From a virus, in the IMG/VR virus record IMGVR_UViG_3300045988_020586: 64,000 nt of DNA; one strand, 5' to 3'. Below the pieces are notes generated by a model that had not been told where the DNA came from, made no database searches, and saw only the letters and a list, made by a program, of their open reading frames with translations. Both the position numbers and the translations under genes were made by a program. Shown here in pieces: positions 34,796 through 47,776 of this stretch; the first letter of the stretch is position 1, and each line of letters begins with the position of its first letter.

Positions 34796-34873
34796 TCTTT
34801 AACTGTGGCGTTTTAGACGTAGTCTTCAATGACACCACAGTACTATAATTAATAATAATTTAAACGAATTAAC

Positions 34874-37654
34874 ATGACTGAATTACTATCATAGAATGAT
34901 TAGGTTATCGAGAAGAAACCAAATCCAATCGAAGAACTTAATACAACGATGGCTTAGTATTATTCTGTATTACACTCGAAGATTTATAGTCACGAGAGCA
35001 ATAATGATATACACGTAACTTCAGATGATAAAAAGATCTGGAACAATAAAGCCAATTAGTCTGATTTAGAATCTGTTAAAGAATATGCTGATAGTTTAAA
35101 GTAGTCTTTAGATAAAGTTAAGCCAGATATAATTAAGGAAGTCGAGACTATGATAGATAATAGTAAAGACATTAATTTATCTGACTATGCCACAAAGGTT
35201 TATGTAGATGCCAAGATTGCAGCACTTAATATAAGTGATGACATTGCTACAAAAACATGGGTGTCAAATAACTTTGTAAACTCTACAAATTATCAAAGAT
35301 TTGACTCTACAAAGTATTATACAAAAGATGAAATTGATAATAAAATTGCAGGAGCAAATGTAGATAACTATCAGATAACAGAGTTTAGTTTGGCTAATGA
35401 TTATCTTAACCTTACATAGAATAATGGTATATCTACACAGGTAAAACTTTCTGATGTATCTGGCGGAGCAATAACCAGCGATAATTTGGATAGAAAGCTA
35501 TAGGACTATTTAAAGATATCTGCTATAGGAAATATTACATTTACTAGAGGCGGAAGAATAGTTAAAACATGGAATCCTGCTGCAGAAAATGCTACAGTAG
35601 AGCTTTCTGGAGGAAGCGGAGCAGATTCTTAGAGTGGTGGATATTATAAGCCGTACTTTAAGAATTATCCATCAGATGATAGCCTGCCTACATCACAATT
35701 ACCAATAGTTGGATAGGATCCTACAAATGCAGGATGGAGCTCTGTTAATGTAAATCCTGAACAAGGATATTTTACTTGGGAGATATGGGTATACATTAAA
35801 ACTGGTGGTGGCTTTGGTGATATCATAGGTCCAGTTTGTATTTCTGGAAAAGATGGAGATAACGGCTCAGATGTTACTGGAAAAGAATATATATATCAGT
35901 TAAATAATAATCAGCCTACAAAACCAACAACAAAACCAGCATGGGGTGATGTTCCGGCTGGATGGACAGATAATCCTACAGGTATAGATTCTACTCATCG
36001 TACAGAATGGATGATGTATAGAACATAGGATTCCAATGGAGTTATAAGTAATTGGCTCCCAGCTAAGGGCCCTGTGATTTGGGCGCATTGGGGTAAAGAT
36101 GGAACAGATGGCGATGGTGTACAATATATATTCTGTGCATTAAAACCTGGTGAAACCACATCTGTATTTACAGGTGTAAACGATCCTGCATCGTGGACAA
36201 ACGATTCAGGTTTTCAGAATGGAAAAGCTGGAGAATACATTAAACCAGGATCTAGATGGACAGATAACCCAATAGATATTAAAACAGCAATTGGTTACGG
36301 TTAGGGATCAAGTTAGTATGTAAGTATAAGAAGATATAGAGGGTCTACAGGAAGCGCTGAAGATAGCGATGGAAGATGGGAAGCTTATAGCGAGCCTAGC
36401 TTGTGGACATACATGGCAAAGGATGGAGAAAGTTCATCCCAGACATTAAAGGGATCTCCTTTAAGAAATAGAGGTGTATGGCAGGCTGGCGTACAATATT
36501 TTGATGGTACAACCTAGTCTGATGGAGGTCTATTTTACTAGGACTTTGTATCATATACTCATTCTGTAGTAGCTGATGGAACATCTAAGAATGTTACAGA
36601 TTTCTACGTTTGTAAAAGACAATGTGCAAGCATCGTTCCTACAAATACTGATTATTGGGACAAGCTTAGTGATATGGGCCCAATATACACCGACGTCCTT
36701 GTAGCTATGAAGGCATACATAAAAGAGCTTACAGCAGAAGAGGTTATAATCACAGATAACGAGAATATTGTAGCTGGTATGACTTCTGGTAATTCTGATA
36801 AAGTTTCATCTCAAGGAAATGTGAGAATATGGGCCGGCACAAATGATAAGAATGCTAGTAATATAGCAGAAGCTCCATTTACTGTTACAGATAAAGGTGT
36901 GTTAACCTGTAGAGGAAACGATGGAAACATCGTATTAAAAGATGGCACAATTTATTTCATAGTCGGCGGAGTAGAATATAAGTTGGGCATAACGCATGGT
37001 AAGCCGGATTGGATTAATAGCGCCGGAGCTGACTCAGTTGAACAATGGCATACTAAAATTGAAACAGAGCACAACGTTTCATTTAGCGCTATTGATTCTT
37101 TTAGTATCAAAGATAACATTTATTATACAAATGGTACGATGTCAGATATGGTAAATGGTACATATTATAAACGCGCATTAAAAATGACATGTTTGTATAA
37201 TATTAGTGAGGGTATTGTATTTACATTTAAAGATACATTCGGAATAGATATATATACTAAAGCAATATTTTCGAATGGTATTAAAACAGTAGAAGGCGTA
37301 GTTGCTATCAGTGGATATTCTACTACAATATCTATACCTACTTAGGATATTCCTGGAAAAATAAATATAGATACAACTAGCAAATAGTGGTGTTCTATAG
37401 AGAAAGAAAACAAAGATATTTTGCCAAGTATGTATTATACAAAGGACACTCCTGTAGGTAAATTACACGAAGCTAGTTATCGTTCAGTTGATGATAGAAA
37501 TATTACATATGGAAGTGGTACAGAAGATGGTATATATGTAATAAAGCCAGCGTCAAAAGAAACTGTAAGCACAGATAGAAAAATATCAATATTTGTCGAC
37601 GAGTCTTCTGAGTAGAATGTATTTAGACCAACAGTAACAACAGTATCATTATAA
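34874..37654 (+). CDS. Large tail/receptor-binding-like structural protein (926 aa; 17 in-frame TAG)
   Basis: Track pieces 35150.., 36074.., 36674.. and 37421.. share one frame. I read the whole frame from ATG 34874 to TAA 37652 with only TAG interruptions. Confidence 0.75.
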
Positions 37655-38163
37655 TGTTTGACATAGTACAGAATAAGATATAGTTAAGTACAGAAGATCT
37701 AGCTATACCACCATTTAAAGACTTCTATAATAATGCAAAAGATAAGCAAGACGCATTAAAGAAGATTGAATTCATAGTGTGGAGATACAAATGGAATAGT
37801 CCATATGAGGCTTATCCAGAGAAAGAACGCACATGGAGAGTAGCTAAAGATGTACTTAATGATGAGAATTACAAACCTGATGACGTTGTAAAAGAATTAG
37901 CAAAAAGGTTCCAGGAGTTCCAAGAGACTCCTGCTACCCGTCTGCTTAAATCTTCTAAGAGCGCAGCAGAGGGCATTATGAACACGATGGATAGCTATGC
38001 TGAAGAAGAACTTGATATAGATACAGCTAAGAAGCTTTCTGCCATATTGAAAGATGTTAGTGGTATTATCAAGTCGTTAGACATGGCTACGAAGTAGGCA
38101 AAAGCAGAACAAGCAGAAACCGGTAGAGTCAAGGGTGGTGGCGTTATTGGTATGTACGAATAA
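37654..38163 (+). CDS. hypothetical protein upstream of TerL (169 aa; 2 in-frame TAG); small-terminase role possible but unverified
   Basis: TAATG overlap start; includes track ORF 37777..38097 in frame; TAA stop 2 nt before the TerL ATG. Confidence 0.6.
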
Positions 38164-38165
38164 TT

Positions 38166-40229
38166 ATGATAGACTTTAATTAGAAGCTCCATAATACTGA
38201 TAAGTTCAGATAGGCAGCTATTTTTTTTGAAAAGCATGGGTGCTACACTTTAGCTCCAAGAGGTACTACTGATTATAAGAAATATTGGGACCAGGAAACA
38301 GAAAGGTGCCTAAATGGTTATACGGCTCCAGATGGAGAAGGTATAACAGGTTATAACTATTTTTATCTGAATTATAGTCCTATCTTTAAGCTTGTAGAAA
38401 CAGAGTACACTGACAGAAACGGAGATATAAGAAAAAGAAGAGAGCGTGTGCTTTAGTTCCCTAGTTTTTGGGATTACGATTATTATTATTTTTGTGCTAT
38501 AGAAGAAGCCGAGCAACAAGGCAAACATATGGCTGTTCTAAAATCAAGACAAAGAGGATACAGTTTCAAAGGAGCTTCTATGCTCGTAAGAAACTATATG
38601 CTTATTCCTGGATCAAAGAACTTTGCTGTAGCTTCGGAGTAGAAGTTTCTTGTAGGAGATGGATTGCTTACAAAAGCTTGGTAGATAATGGACTTCCTTG
38701 ACAAACATACAGAATGGGCGAAACAAAGACTTGTATCAACTCGTATGGAAAGAGTTTCTGGTTATAAAGTTACAGATGAATTTGGAAAACAAACTGAACA
38801 GGGATACCTTTCTAGTATAGTTGGAATAACACTTAAGAACGACCCTGAACGTATCCGTGGTACTCGTGGTAAACTTGTACTATGGGAGGAGGGAGGTAAG
38901 TTTCCGGACCTTCTTGATGCATGGCGTATTGAATAGCCTTCTGTAGAAACTGATGATGGTGTAGCATTTGGATTGATGATAGCGTTTGGAACTGGAGGTA
39001 CGATAGGTGCAAGTTTCGAAGGACTAAAAGAATTATTTTATAAGCCTAATGCTAATAATGTACTAGCATTCCCTAACATATGGGATGATGGTAGAGAGAA
39101 TACAGAATGCGGATTCTTTGTTCCAGCTTATTCAAATCTAGAATCATTTGATGATGACGGAAATCAAAGGTTCATGGACAAAGATGGTAATAGCCTAAAA
39201 GAGTTAGCTATACAAAATTTAATAGACCAAAGAAACAAAATAAAAGACGGTGGTGCTAGCTAGCAATCTATAGACCGTTTTATATCAGAACGTCCTATGA
39301 AGCCAGCAGAAGCAGTATTGGAGCTTGGTAAGAACATATTCCCTAGAAAACTATTAATGGACTAGTTGACCAGAATAAGGACAAACAAGAAGCTTCAAAG
39401 TATGAAGCATATAGTTGATCTAGAATGGGATGGAAATGGTCAAGTAAAGGCTACAGAAAAGCCTAGTGGGGATATAACTAACTACCCTCTTAAGAAAGGC
39501 GACAAACCTCATGGATCCGTAGTTATATGGGAGTACCCAGTAAAGGATCCTCCGCTTGGATTATATATAGGAGGATGTGATCCATACGACCACGATGACA
39601 GCTTTACAAACTCTCTTGGTTCTACATTTATATTTAAGCGTGTAAGAGCTGGAGAAGCTTGGACCGATGTAATAGTAGCAGAGTATTCTGGAAGACCAGA
39701 TACGGCAGAAGAATACTACGAGAATGTACGTAAACTACTTACGTTTTATAATGCTAGATTATTGTTTGAGAATGAAAGAAAAGGAATCTACCCTTACTTT
39801 ACGAATAAACACTGCGATTACCTCTTGGCTGATTAGCCAGATAAAATCATATCTGAAGTCTTCAAAGACAGTAAAGTACAAAGAAGAAAAGGATGCCACA
39901 TGACCAAATAGATTAGGGCATATGGCGAAGGATTAATATTAGAGTGGCTATTAGACGAGTTTGAAGAAGGCCACCCTAATGTAGAAAGAGTATACAGCGA
40001 ACCTCTAATAGAAGAGCTTATAGAGAACGATGGTGTACGAAATGTAGACCGTGTGATAGCTTTGTGTATGGTAATGATATACAGAGAGGAGCTCTATTAG
40101 GTAAAGGTGTCGTCTGCAAAAGAACAAAACAAATAGGTTGAACTCTTCGAGATGCCGTTATTTAGCAAACAATGGTTTGAAGAAGATAGCAGCACAAGTG
40201 AAGACGGTATGCCGATATTCACATTTTAA
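38166..40229 (+). CDS. terL: Terminase large subunit (687 aa; 12 in-frame TAG)
   Basis: Track pieces 38688.., 38973.. and 39366.. share one frame. Whole frame verified from ATG 38166 to TAA 40227. Walker A-like VLKSRQRGYSFKGA; the position before portal fits. Confidence 0.8.
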
Positions 40230-40232
40230 TAC

Positions 40233-43200
40233 ATGGAAGATAACTTATACAATTCAGCTTTCCCCAGACAAAAGCTCCCTCTTTCAAAGAAAGGAAAGAA
40301 GTGGCAGGAGGATTGCGTTAACTATATTATAGGTGAAGGTAACGTAACATCTGGAGGAAATAGTACATCATATTACGGAGAGCTGTAGACCTATTATAAC
40401 TTATATAACAGCATCTTCGACGAGAAGGATTTTAAATCAATTACAAACCCATTCAAGGTCGAGGATGGTTTTCCTGCTACTCCTCATGACTTTAATATTA
40501 TAAGACCTAAAGTAGACTTACTTATAGGCGAGGAGACAAAAAGACCTCTTAACTTCAGAGTTATCAGAACTTCATAGGAGGCCACATCAGAAATGCAGGA
40601 GAAAGAGAAGTAGATGATACTACAATATATAGAAGCAGCTATCACAGCTAGAATGAGCCCGGAAGAAGCTCAGTAGTTCCAGGAGCAGCTATAGTTTGGA
40701 GAGGTTATGCCGCCAGAATAGATAGCTAAGTATATGGATAAGGACTACAAAGATATTGTAGAGAATACTGCATATCATTCACTTACCTATCTGAGAGAAA
40801 AGCTTGATCTTGACAATGAGTTTATCAAAGGCTGGAAAGATGGATTGATCTCAGGTAGAGAAATTTATTACGTTGGTGTGCTTAATGCAGAGCCATATGC
40901 CGAAAGAGTTAATCCTATATGTTTCTCTTACGACAAGAGTCCAGACCTTGAGTTTATTGAGGATGGTTCATGGTGCTGTAGAAAGATGCGTATGCCTATA
41001 ACTGAAGTATACGACAGATATTACGATAAGCTTGAAGAGAAAGATCTTGATAAGCTTGAAGAAATGATTGGTTCTACTCCTGGTAGAAACCTTGGAGACA
41101 GAAGCCCTGTTGATATGGGTATACAGTTACGTATATACGACAACCCAATATTCGAAGGATCCGGCAAATCACTTGTAAACGTATGGCATTGCTGTTGGAA
41201 ATCTTTCAAAAAGATATTCTACGTAACTACTACAGATGAAGCAGGATAGCCTTAGATTAACATAGTTGATGAAACATATCAGCCTGTTGGTAATGAGGTT
41301 AGCGTAGAACCAGATTGGATTATAGAAGTATGGGAGGGATATAGAGCTGGTAGCGACTTATACTTTGGTATATAGCCTATTGAATACCAGCATGTAAGTA
41401 TTGATAATCCTAATAGTCAGAAGCTTCCTTATTGTGGAGCTATTTATAGCAATACAAATAGTAAGCCTAGATCATTGGTTAGCATTCTTAAGCCATTACA
41501 GTATATGTATATTGTACTGTGGTACAGACTTGAGTTAGCTATTGCTAGAGATAAAGGTAAGGTTGTTAATATGGATATTACATAGATTCCTAAGTCTATG
41601 AATATTAGCCCAGCTAAATGGATGCATTACTTATCTAGTGTCGGTGTTAACTTTATTAATCCATACGAAGAAGGCTGGTGTTTCGATCCAGAAACGCTTG
41701 TGGCTACACCTAGTGGTAATACTAAGATGAATGATATTAGATTAGGATAGTTTGTATATACTCCTGGTCACCATCTAGCTTAGGTTACAAATCTTTTCCA
41801 TGGAGAAGATGAGATGTACAACATAATACCATCTATAGGGTCTAATGTTTAGAAAGTTACAGCTAATCACTTGGTTAGGTATAGATATAGAATAAACGGA
41901 CATTCCGATTCTGAAGTAAGAGTAGATAAAGCTAAAGATCTTATGCTTAAATTTAAGCAAAATAAGTATTACGCACAGAGATGTTTCCTTGAGAGAGAAG
42001 ATAATTTCTTTGATCCTAAGGAACCTAGTAAATTTGGTGGAAGAGATATGTATTTGCTTGGGCTTTGGCTTGGAGGTGGTACAAAGAATACTCCTGAATT
42101 TGAATCTATGGATCCTGAAATAATACAGTATCTTGAGGATTATGCTTGTACGCACGGATTAAGATGTTCTTATAGACATAAGAATGGTAGCAGATCAATG
42201 ACAATTAGACTTAGCTCTGTTAACAACAAAAAGAAAGGATAGGCTTTCTTGAATCCATTTATAGAAGATCTTAGATATTTCGGCGTATACGATAACAAAG
42301 AAGTAAGCGGTTTGCATATAGATAATATTGATGACGCTTTAAACTTCTTAGCGGGATTAATAGATACTGATGGAAGCGTATTTAAAGGAAACGGAAATCA
42401 TAAAGGGTATGTAGAATTTACACAATGTGAATCACATAAAGATATATTTGATTTATTCGTTGACTTGGCGAGAAAATTAGGATATAGAGTATCTGTAAAG
42501 AGAAAAGAATCAGTTGTTAAGAAGATATACAAAAATAAGACTATAACTATTTATGAACCTTTCTATAAAGCTAGAATATTTGATGGGAACTATGATATAC
42601 CTACAAAGATAGAAAGAAAGAAATTTCATTTTACATAGGGTAGAGTATATAATAAGAACTATTCACATTTCAAGATAGAATACGCTGGCAGAGGTGAATA
42701 TTACGGATTTGCTATTGATGATCCAAAGCATGAATTCTTACTCTCTGATATGACAATAGTTCATAACTGTATCCCAGGAAGAGAAGGTGGTAAGCCTGCG
42801 CAGTTTAATCAGATAACGGCATTGGATCTTACAATGTCTAATGTCATAGCTGAATATATCCAGCTTATGGACAAGATAGAATAGCTTGCTGGAACTATCT
42901 CTGGTATTACAGCACAACGCGAAGGAGCTGTAAGCTCATCAGAAATGGTAGGTAACGTAGAGAGATCTGTAGTACAGAGCTCGCATATTACTGAGCCGTT
43001 GTTCTGGGTTCATAACCAGTGTAAGCGAAGAGTGCTTAATATGCTTCTCAATACAGCTAAAGGTGCTTGGGAAGAGACCGGTAAGCAGAAGCTTCAATAT
43101 ATCTTTGATAATGGAGAAAGAGCGTTCTTGGATATTACTCCTAAGTTCTACTACGAGGATATGGATGTATTCGTAAGTGATACATCTAAAGACCTTGAGA

Positions 43201-43793
43201 ATATACAGAAACTTCAGCAGCTTATACAGCCAGCTATGCAGAATGGCGCAAGCTTACTTGAAGCAGCAGAGGTTCTTACAAACGACAACTTCAATATCAT
43301 TAAGCAGAAGCTTAAGGATATGTAGACTAGACAGTAGCAGATGTAGCAACAGCAGCAGGAGGCAGAAGCTCAGCAGCAACAGCAGTTACAGCAGATGCAG
43401 AACGAAGCTAAACAGCAGGAGCTTATGTTGCAGGAAGCTCAGATGGATCTTCAGAGATACCAGATTGACCAAGATAATCAGACTAAGATAGCTGTAGCAC
43501 AGATTAACGCTTATCGTGGAACAGAGGAATTAGATCAGGATCAAAACGGAATCCCAGACCCAATCGAAATCGGAAAGCAAGCTATTGAGCAGCAGAAGAT
43601 TAATCAGGAGGCTTACAACAAGCGTTACGAAGCAAAACAGAAGCGCGAGATAGAAGACTAGAAGATTTAGCTTGAGAAGGATAAGATGAAGCATGAGACA
43701 GAGCTATAGAAGGCAAAGGACGATGCTGCTTACGAACGCGAGAAACTTAAGGCAAAGACAGCTATCAAAAATAGGGTTCCGGGAGAGAAGTAA
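40233..43793 (+). CDS. Portal protein interrupted by an intein (1186 codons; 17 TAG in exteins, 5 in the intein)
   Basis: Frame verified codon by codon across every gap between track pieces (40734.., 41871.., 42249.., 42945.., 43395..). Follows TerL. C-terminal poly-Q tract. Confidence 0.75.
41679..42767 (+). mobile_element. Intein with LAGLIDADG homing endonuclease domain (363 aa) inside portal
   Basis: Starts ..EEGW|CFDPETLVATPSG and ends ..DMTIVHN|CIPGREGG. LAGLIDADG-type motifs LLGLWLGGGTK and FLAGLIDTDGSV. Confidence 0.8.
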
Positions 43794-43795
43794 TC

Positions 43796-44818
43796 ATGAA
43801 GTTCGACAACAAGACATTTCAATAGAAGTATGAAGCGTGGAAGAATGGCGCTGATTACTGGAAGGACATTAGAGGAATCAACTTTGGTGGAGACACCCAG
43901 GCTGAGGAACCTAGTCCAGAAGAGCAGTAGTAGCTTGATTAGAGTGTATAGTCTATACTTAATGCTTACAATGAAGGTAAAGATGTTAATATAGCTGAAG
44001 ATATTATTAAGCCATTACCTTTTGATACCCCATTAAATGAAGAGCATCCAATACTGCATAAATATAAAGGAGGCAAGAATGATTCTATTAATACTTTTGT
44101 TCACCGAATGGGCCCTCTTGTAGGACAATAGTTAAATAGATACGGTTATGGTGATACTGCATTTTACAATGTAATGCGTTAGCTTGCATACGAATCAAAT
44201 TACGGTAGATCAAGAGTTGCTAGACAACAGCATAATTATGGCGGAGTAGGATGGAATGGCAAGACTTATACAACATATAAGAGTGATGCAGATTTTGTTA
44301 AGGACTATGTAAGGCTTATGCACACTAGGTACGGAGCAGCACTTAGAGCCAAATCTACACAGGATTATGCAAGAGCGCTTAAACAGAAGGGATATTATAC
44401 AGATTCTCTCGAGAATTATTCTAGAAACCTTAGGAGTATGGATAGCTTAGTAAAGGCGGCCCACTATCACAGGAATGCACATAAAGACGCTTACAACTAT
44501 AATGTTAAGTTTGATGATCTTGTGTAGGATTATGAAGATGCAAAGAATGCTAGCCCTATAATTATTAATTCTCCTTCTACGAAACAGCCTAAAACTATTA
44601 GAACTGATGTTCCAACAACGTTGATTGGTCCTACTTAGGAAGAGATTAAAGCTTAGCAATAGCGCGATCTTGATCTGTATAAACAATAGATGTATAATAA
44701 TATAACTTAGCCTTCACTTCCGAACATACTTAATCTACTTCCTTAGAATAACTTTGGTAAAGATTCTTATGGCTAGAAGTTCTGGTGGAGAAAAGGCAAC
44801 AATCTTAAACTGATGTAA
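43796..44818 (+). CDS. Virion-module protein with glucosaminidase/muramidase-like domain (340 aa; 15 in-frame TAG)
   Basis: LAYESNYGRSRVARQQHNYGGVGWNGKTYTTYKSDADFVKDYVRLMHTRYGAALRA...KQKGYYTD resembles FlgJ/LytD-type glucosaminidase domains. Confidence 0.6.
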
Positions 44819-44820
44819 TT

Positions 44821-45000
44821 ATGACACAGATGGAAAGTCCTAAGCGAAAGATGTAGAAGAAGAACGACTATCAGCGTCATAAGCTCTTTCGTAAGATTAA
44901 ACGTAGAAGAAAAGTATAGGCTGAAGCAGAGTAGTAGGTAGCTATGAAGCAGCTTAGAAAGAAATTAAGGAAACCATAGAGAGGAGGTGCTTATGCCTAA
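44821..45000 (+). CDS. possible small basic protein (59 aa; 5 in-frame TAG)
   Basis: Own translation MTQMESPKRKM*KKNDYQRHKLFRKIKRRRKV*AEAE**VAMKQLRKKLRKP*RGGAYA (* = TAG). Confidence 0.4.
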
Positions 45001-46489
45001 GCGTTTAAATAAGCCTGTACTTGTTAGAACAAGAGATGAGAATGGTAATTATGTTACTTTAAATATGACTACTGGTTCTCGCAAAATAAATTAGTAGACA
45101 AAACAATCTACCAGTATAAATAAGCCTAGACGCAAACAAAATGTAAAGCGAACTTTAAAGCAAGGAGAACAAATATTTACAGATTGGAGGACAGGAAAGA
45201 AAACTGTATTTACTCCTAGGAGAGCTGAAGTCAAAAGTGATAATCGTAGTGAATATCAAAAGCAAGAAGATTAGAAGACTGCTGATATTTTGCATTAGAA
45301 ATATTCTCAACAAAAAACAACTAAAGAGGGATTAAAAAACCTTGAAGCTATTGGTAAAGTAATTAGCCCTTCTACATATTTTGGACCATTGGCAAACAAA
45401 TTTGTCGCTTCGGTTTAGGGTGATAAGCAAGATCATAGATCTATTGGCGAGTAGATTTTGTCTGGAGAAGGAACTGGTGATACTGCTGGTAATTTGTTGC
45501 TAGATTTTGCTAGTCCATATGTATTCTCAAAATTACCAAATGCTACTAAATAGTTATATAAAGCCGCTAGATATGCTAACAATAAAGTTTTAGATAATCT
45601 TGGTTCTGCAGCTATATATGCGAATGGATTAGGATTTGATGGAACTGTTGGTAAATCATTCTTTAGAGATCCAAACAAAGCTTATAGAATTACAGAGTTT
45701 CCGGAAGTTGAAGGTATACGTGAAGCCGGTAAAAATGTAACAACAATAGATGCAAGACCAGGTATTGACAGAGCCAATGATTGGAGATTGGCCGCATTTG
45801 ATAATTATGCATATTCTAAAGATGGTAGTTGGTATAAACTCCCATAGAGTGTTAGTTCGTATGAAGAAGAAAACCCTTTTATGTTTACTGATATTGTAGG
45901 AGATGACATAATGTCTAAACGAATGGGGATTAAAACTGGATCTGCTCATGGTAATAGAACATAGGCGTCTCTTGGTAAGATATGGAATGGCAGCACATCA
46001 ACTTCGGATGGATTATTTCCTGGTGGCATATTAGAAATACAGGGAGGCAACAAAGTCTCATATGGTGTTGGTAATAATAGAAAATTTTTTAAATTATCTG
46101 ATTGGGAAGATGTTCCAATAGGGAACAGAGTTGGGTACAAAACGGGCGAAATGCCACTAGATAATCTTACTTGGTATTAGAGACTACCTAATGGTAGGTA
46201 CACTATGGGCGAACCTGTTCTTCCAAATAAAACAATAAAATATACGACTAATCTTTCTCCAGGATATGACAATAAAATGTTTTGGGTAACAGATCATTAT
46301 AATTACAATTCTGGTAAAGATATTCATATAAAGAAATCTAAACGTGGAACATTTACCAAAGCAGCTAAATAGCATGGCATGAGCGTACAAGGTTTTGCTA
46401 ATAAGGTTTTAAGGAATCCAAGTAATTATAGTGCAGCTATGAGAAAGAAAGCCAACTTTGCGCGCAATGCATCAAAGTGGAATAAATAA
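44993..46489 (+). CDS. hypothetical structural protein (498 aa; 11 in-frame TAG)
   Basis: Continuous frame read from ATG 44993 to TAA 46487. The track shows only antisense ORFs here because every TAG-delimited piece is under 60 aa. Confidence 0.65.
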
Positions 46490-46495
46490 TAACAT

Positions 46496-46518
46496 TACAC
46501 GGGTTCGAATCCCGTGTA
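46496..46518 (+). other. Orphan T-arm-like hairpin
   Basis: TACACGGG-TTCGAAT-CCCGTGTA: 8 bp with a canonical T-loop sequence, and no other tRNA parts. Confidence 0.45.
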
Positions 46519-46561
46519 GCGTACAACAATTAAAAATATTAACTTAGTTATAATTTAAATT

Positions 46562-47758
46562 ATGGCAAGAAAGAAGAAAAATCCATTAGGTGATTTTGAA
46601 GACGCTTTGAGCTCTCTCGGGTTCGGTGGCCAGGAAGGTGGCGATAGCGTTACAGACATCGATAACCAGGATGTGGCTAATCAGGTGTTAGACGACCCTA
46701 ATGATGATGTTGAAAATTTAGACAATCCAGATGACGATAAGTCTTCTGAGGATAATAAAGATAATAAGAATGTAACTGGCGATCCTAATGCTCATGATGA
46801 CGAGACACAGATCCCAGATAATATTTTAAATAATAATACGTCCGACACAACTATAGTTGACAACGAATAGGATAATGACAATGATGATAATGATCAGTAG
46901 ACTGACACTGATGTCGTAGATCCTGGAGAGGCAGAACAGATTGGTGCCTTCTTTGACGCATTCGCCGAAGCTAATGGTTGGAGTGTTGATGAAGACGAGA
47001 AACCTAAGACAATTGAGGGTATCGTAGAATACATCAAAGATGTCGTAGATGAGAATTCAACCCCACAGTACGCCGATGATCGTATTGCTAAACTTGATCA
47101 GTACGTAAAGAATGGTGGTAGATTTGAAGACTTCTATCAGACACAACAGAAATCTATGTCTTATGATAGTATAGATTTGGAGGACGAATCTAATCAGAAA
47201 GCAGCTGTTCGTGAGTTCTATAGATTACAAGGAATGAACGACGAACAGATTAGTCGCAAGATTGAGCGCTATGAAGATGCTGATATGCTGGAAGACGAAG
47301 CAGCTGATGCTGTTAATTATCTTAAGGCGTACGAGCAGCAACAGCAAGAATATATGGCTCAGCAATAGGAAGCTCAAAGACAAAAACAGGAGCAGCAAGC
47401 TGCATAGTTCATGAATGATCTTACATCTAGTATTAATGGTCTTACTAATATTAGAGGTATTAATATCCCAAAGGAGGATAGAAAAGCGTTGTTCGATTAT
47501 ATTACGAGAACTGATGCAGATGGCTTAACAGAGTATCAGAAGGCTTTTAACGATAACCTTGTTAACAATTTGATAGAATCAGCCTACTTCACAATGAAGG
47601 GTGATGCTCTACTGGGCGAAGCACAGCGCAATGGTCAGACATCTGCTGCGAGTAAACTTAGACAAATGCTCAAACATCAAACAAAAAATCATACATCATA
47701 CAATGTTGGGCATGAAAAACAACCTCAGGCATGGGATATCGCGTCAAAATACCTATGA
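46562..47758 (+). CDS. Acidic protein upstream of the capsid gene (398 aa; 4 in-frame TAG); scaffold-like by position only
   Basis: Track pieces 46562.., 47156.. and 47411.. share one frame. D/N-rich N-terminus; Q-rich segment with TAG embedded. Confidence 0.65.
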
Positions 47759-47776
47759 TGAGACAATTAACATATT

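Noticed and set aside
45433-46390. Chain of reverse ORFs (45433..45678, 45656..45949, 45946..46140, 46184..46390)
   Set aside because: All are antisense to the TAG-recoded forward gene 44993..46489, which reads continuously for 498 codons. The reverse ORFs lie in three different frames and have odd composition.
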